Shown: piece by piece, positions 61,346 to 64,000 of the stretch | Layout: each line of letters opens with the position of its first letter | How positions within the stretch are numbered: the stretch's first letter is position 1 | Source of the DNA: Chiloscyllium plagiosum | Taxonomy: Eukaryota | Direction of reading: 5' to 3' | DNA length: 64,000 bases | NCBI RefSeq assembly: GCF_004010195.1 | Contig: NC_057718.1 | Coordinates: 66,473,351-66,537,350 of the forward strand | Notes under the pieces: generated by a model | Databases searched by the model: none | Told to the model about the DNA's origin: nothing | Seen by the model: the letters and a program-made list of their open reading frames with translations, nothing else | Position numbers and translations under genes: made by a program

Positions 61346-63010
61346 CAGTGTCCTCTACATTTTAACAACTAGAGCTGACAAAAAGTTGTAACCTCTTCTT
61401 GCTAACCATGATCTTCCAGTTGTACATAGACTTGGCAGTTTGTACATTACTGCTGGTGTATCCCAAACTCCAAGTTAGCAGGAAATAAATGTAATTAACT
61501 GTGCATGTTAAGATTTTGCAACAACCTGCAGGCATTTTGTAGTCCAATCTGAAGGAAAGCCAGAAATGGATGACATTAACCTCCATGCTCCTCCTTAGTT
61601 TGTGATTTCATAACACTTACGATGTAAGTACACATGATACTGAATTTCTGACGAAAGTAGAGTATGCAGTGTACATCATGAGAGAAATGACAATTACTGA
61701 AATGGAGGGAAAATGTTCTCGATTTAGAAATGCAATATTGTATCTTAAACTTTTGAAATCAGGGGAAGATTGGCCTGAATTTTAGATCTTAATTACTATA
61801 ACAAACCTAGTTGACTAAACTGAGAGACATTTTCAGTAATATTGTTTGTTCCTGGTCCTTTCCCTAATCTATATAAGGATGCAACACTCAAAGCAGGCAA
61901 TTTTCACTGTATTCTTTGGATGAGACTGACCCATTACTGGACAAAGTGGCAATACCTCTGCTCTTGGGTACTTGTAGTGAAGTTAAAACATATTCTTTAT
62001 ATAGGAAACGGGTATAAGGAAAATCATCTCTCAACTCCTAACATTTAGTTCAGTTGGCTTTGATTCATAAATTTTTCAAATTGCATCTGCTACATTACTG
62101 GGTATTCAGTAGAACACACACCTTTGTGATGCGCAAAAGGCTTGAATCCCAAGGGTGCTGTATACTCGGGTGTGGTGTGCATCTGTTACTTTGTCTACAC
62201 AGCTCAGTGCATTTTATTCTTTGTCTATGAAGTACAGATCAGGACAGTGATAAACTGATGTGGATATTTAGAGGCTGGGGTCCAATTTTCACTCAGGTAT
62301 TTATTTGAATTTTGGTGCAATTAAATCAATGGATTTCATGTATTAAAACAAATTAAATAAATTAATTTATCTTTTGTCTTAAGGAAAATCAAAGAACAGA
62401 ATACAGTGGGGATTGGTGACTGCCAATCATCTAGGTTTTGACCCAGGAAATTTTAAGATTATCTTTATATTTTGTGTTTTTTATTAGTTTTAAAAACTGT
62501 AAAATAATTGTAGTCCTAGAATTAAAGACCTTTTCATTGAGCAACGAGTTTTCAGTGAAATTAAACTGAGCTGATCCAAAGCAGAGTACATTTTTTGTTT
62601 CTCTTCTCGTTTTCATCTTCTCAACTGAAGATGTTGGTTATTTAGTGATTGTACTAGATATGTGCATGTACTATTTTTGCATTAACTTAAATGAAGTAAT
62701 TTGCAGAACAAAATTGATTGGAGTTGACTGAGATGTGCATCCCAGCTGCAGATCTTCAATTTCAGGAACATTTGGTTCTTTTCCCTTGAATTGACACTGA
62801 CCTGGATCACCCCAGTTCACAAAGTCCAGATATCAACTCCCCCTACATTGAGTCCATTACATACCTTAAACCTTTTTTTGCAATTGGCATCAAATAATAC
62901 ATTTCTTCTCTGTCATCCAATTCTACGGTATTTTAAAATGAGCTAATGCAGAACTAGAATATGAAATGGTGTAACTTAATAATTGATTCATTGATTTTGA
63001 TTCTCTCTAG

Positions 63011-63190
63011 AGTGCAGAACAGGTTTCAACATTCTGTCGTAGCTTACATGAGCTGCAATTATCTAATATGGATGGACAGAAGGAGAACATTGATCAAGAT
63101 CTAAGGCCATTAGCACGGCATCTCTCTGATGCAGAGAGACTTCGGAAAGTTATCCATGAACTCCTAGACACAGAGAAGTCCTATGTGAAG
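63011..63190 (+). CDS. TIAM2: TIAM2 coding exon, start of DH (RhoGEF) domain (SAEQVSTFCRSLHE...RHLSDAERLRKVIHELLDTEKSYVK)
   Basis: Acceptor ttctctctag|, donor AAG|gtatgc, 180 nt, phase 0-0. RLRKVI-EL--TEKSYVK is the DH CR1 helix of the TIAM family; LARHLSDA resembles TIAM2. Confidence 0.93.
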
Positions 63191-64000
63191 GTATGCGTGA
63201 GGGTTAAATTGACGGCATTGATGTATTATGAATTAAATTTAAGCTTTAGAATATGAATTGCCTGTGCTTTGTGTCATCAAATAGATATTTATTGGTTTTC
63301 TTGAAATGTCTCCCTTTTATTCTTATGCCATTGTTGCTCAGGTATCATTCCACAGCCACTGATCCAACACCTCCACATTCAAGTTGATGTATGTATTATT
63401 TGTAGGCAACTGAACTGGATTCTGACTTGATCGAACTTTCAAGTATGCACTTTCTAGCAGGGTCCCTGGATAACAACCAGGAATGGAAATCATGACAATA
63501 ATTCAGGCCAATTGTATTGTCCCAGAGATACTCTGAGTGGGCAGAGACCTTTGCCTGAACCTTCTGGTCTACACTTCTTAGTCACTAAAGCATCAGGAAG
63601 TCTCAAATAAAAAATAATTACTCCCATCATAGCAAATGCTACAGCTGTTCCATGATGCCATAATTTAAAGTAATGGCTTTTAAGTAACTTTCTAAATATT
63701 AATTACATCTATTCTTTGTAATGACCTGACTTTGAAAGCTCCGATGTTAAGGGCAAAATATCCTATTTGTTGTTTCTTTTATTGCTGCTCAGACAAGCAT
63801 TTTAAGAGGAATAGAGTTATGATCTAATAGCATGTGATTGATGGCTCAAGAGACCTAAAAGTTGGTGCCTTGTATATAGATATTTACAAAACGAATTACA
63901 GTTTTAGATGACATTGACAGAAAGTATTAGAATACCACAGAACTTGATTATGTGCCTGATTTCCTGTTAAATTCATGATGTCTGCTCCATCACTCCAAAA

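Noticed and set aside
6411..63190. TIAM1 as the identity of the gene
   Set aside because: DVLPDGLAY, DF--VPD and LARHLSDA match recalled TIAM2 sequence better. A reciprocal BLAST would confirm this.

Overview
Repeat-rich vertebrate genomic DNA, most likely a shark or other elasmobranch (inferred from HE1-type SINEs with (TCTAA)n tails, HER1/CR1 LINEs and Penelope elements). The window is an internal part of the Rac1-GEF gene TIAM2 on the + strand. Four coding exons join in frame with canonical splice sites: 6411-6503 and 8151-8396 (PDZ domain), 19546-19646 (linker) and 63011-63190 (start of the DH/RhoGEF domain). The last two are separated by a ~43-kb intron. The introns contain decayed CR1 and L2 LINEs, HE1 SINEs, Neptune- and Poseidon-type Penelope-like elements (GIY-YIG endonuclease), two kinds of solo LTR and three assembly gaps. 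Points of most interest: (i) minimal hammerhead-ribozyme motifs recur in the Penelope-derived termini, including a 218-bp palindromic double-hammerhead insertion with a 14-bp TSD at 10.3-10.5 kb; (ii) candidate alternative TIAM2 exons, notably an ATG-to-donor 43-codon first exon at 36471-36599 that is in phase with the DH exon; (iii) a LINE that appears to carry a tRNA-like head shared with a short bipartite SINE; (iv) several locally templated duplications and inversions. Gene and family assignments rest on recalled homology, not on database searches, and repeat boundaries are approximate.
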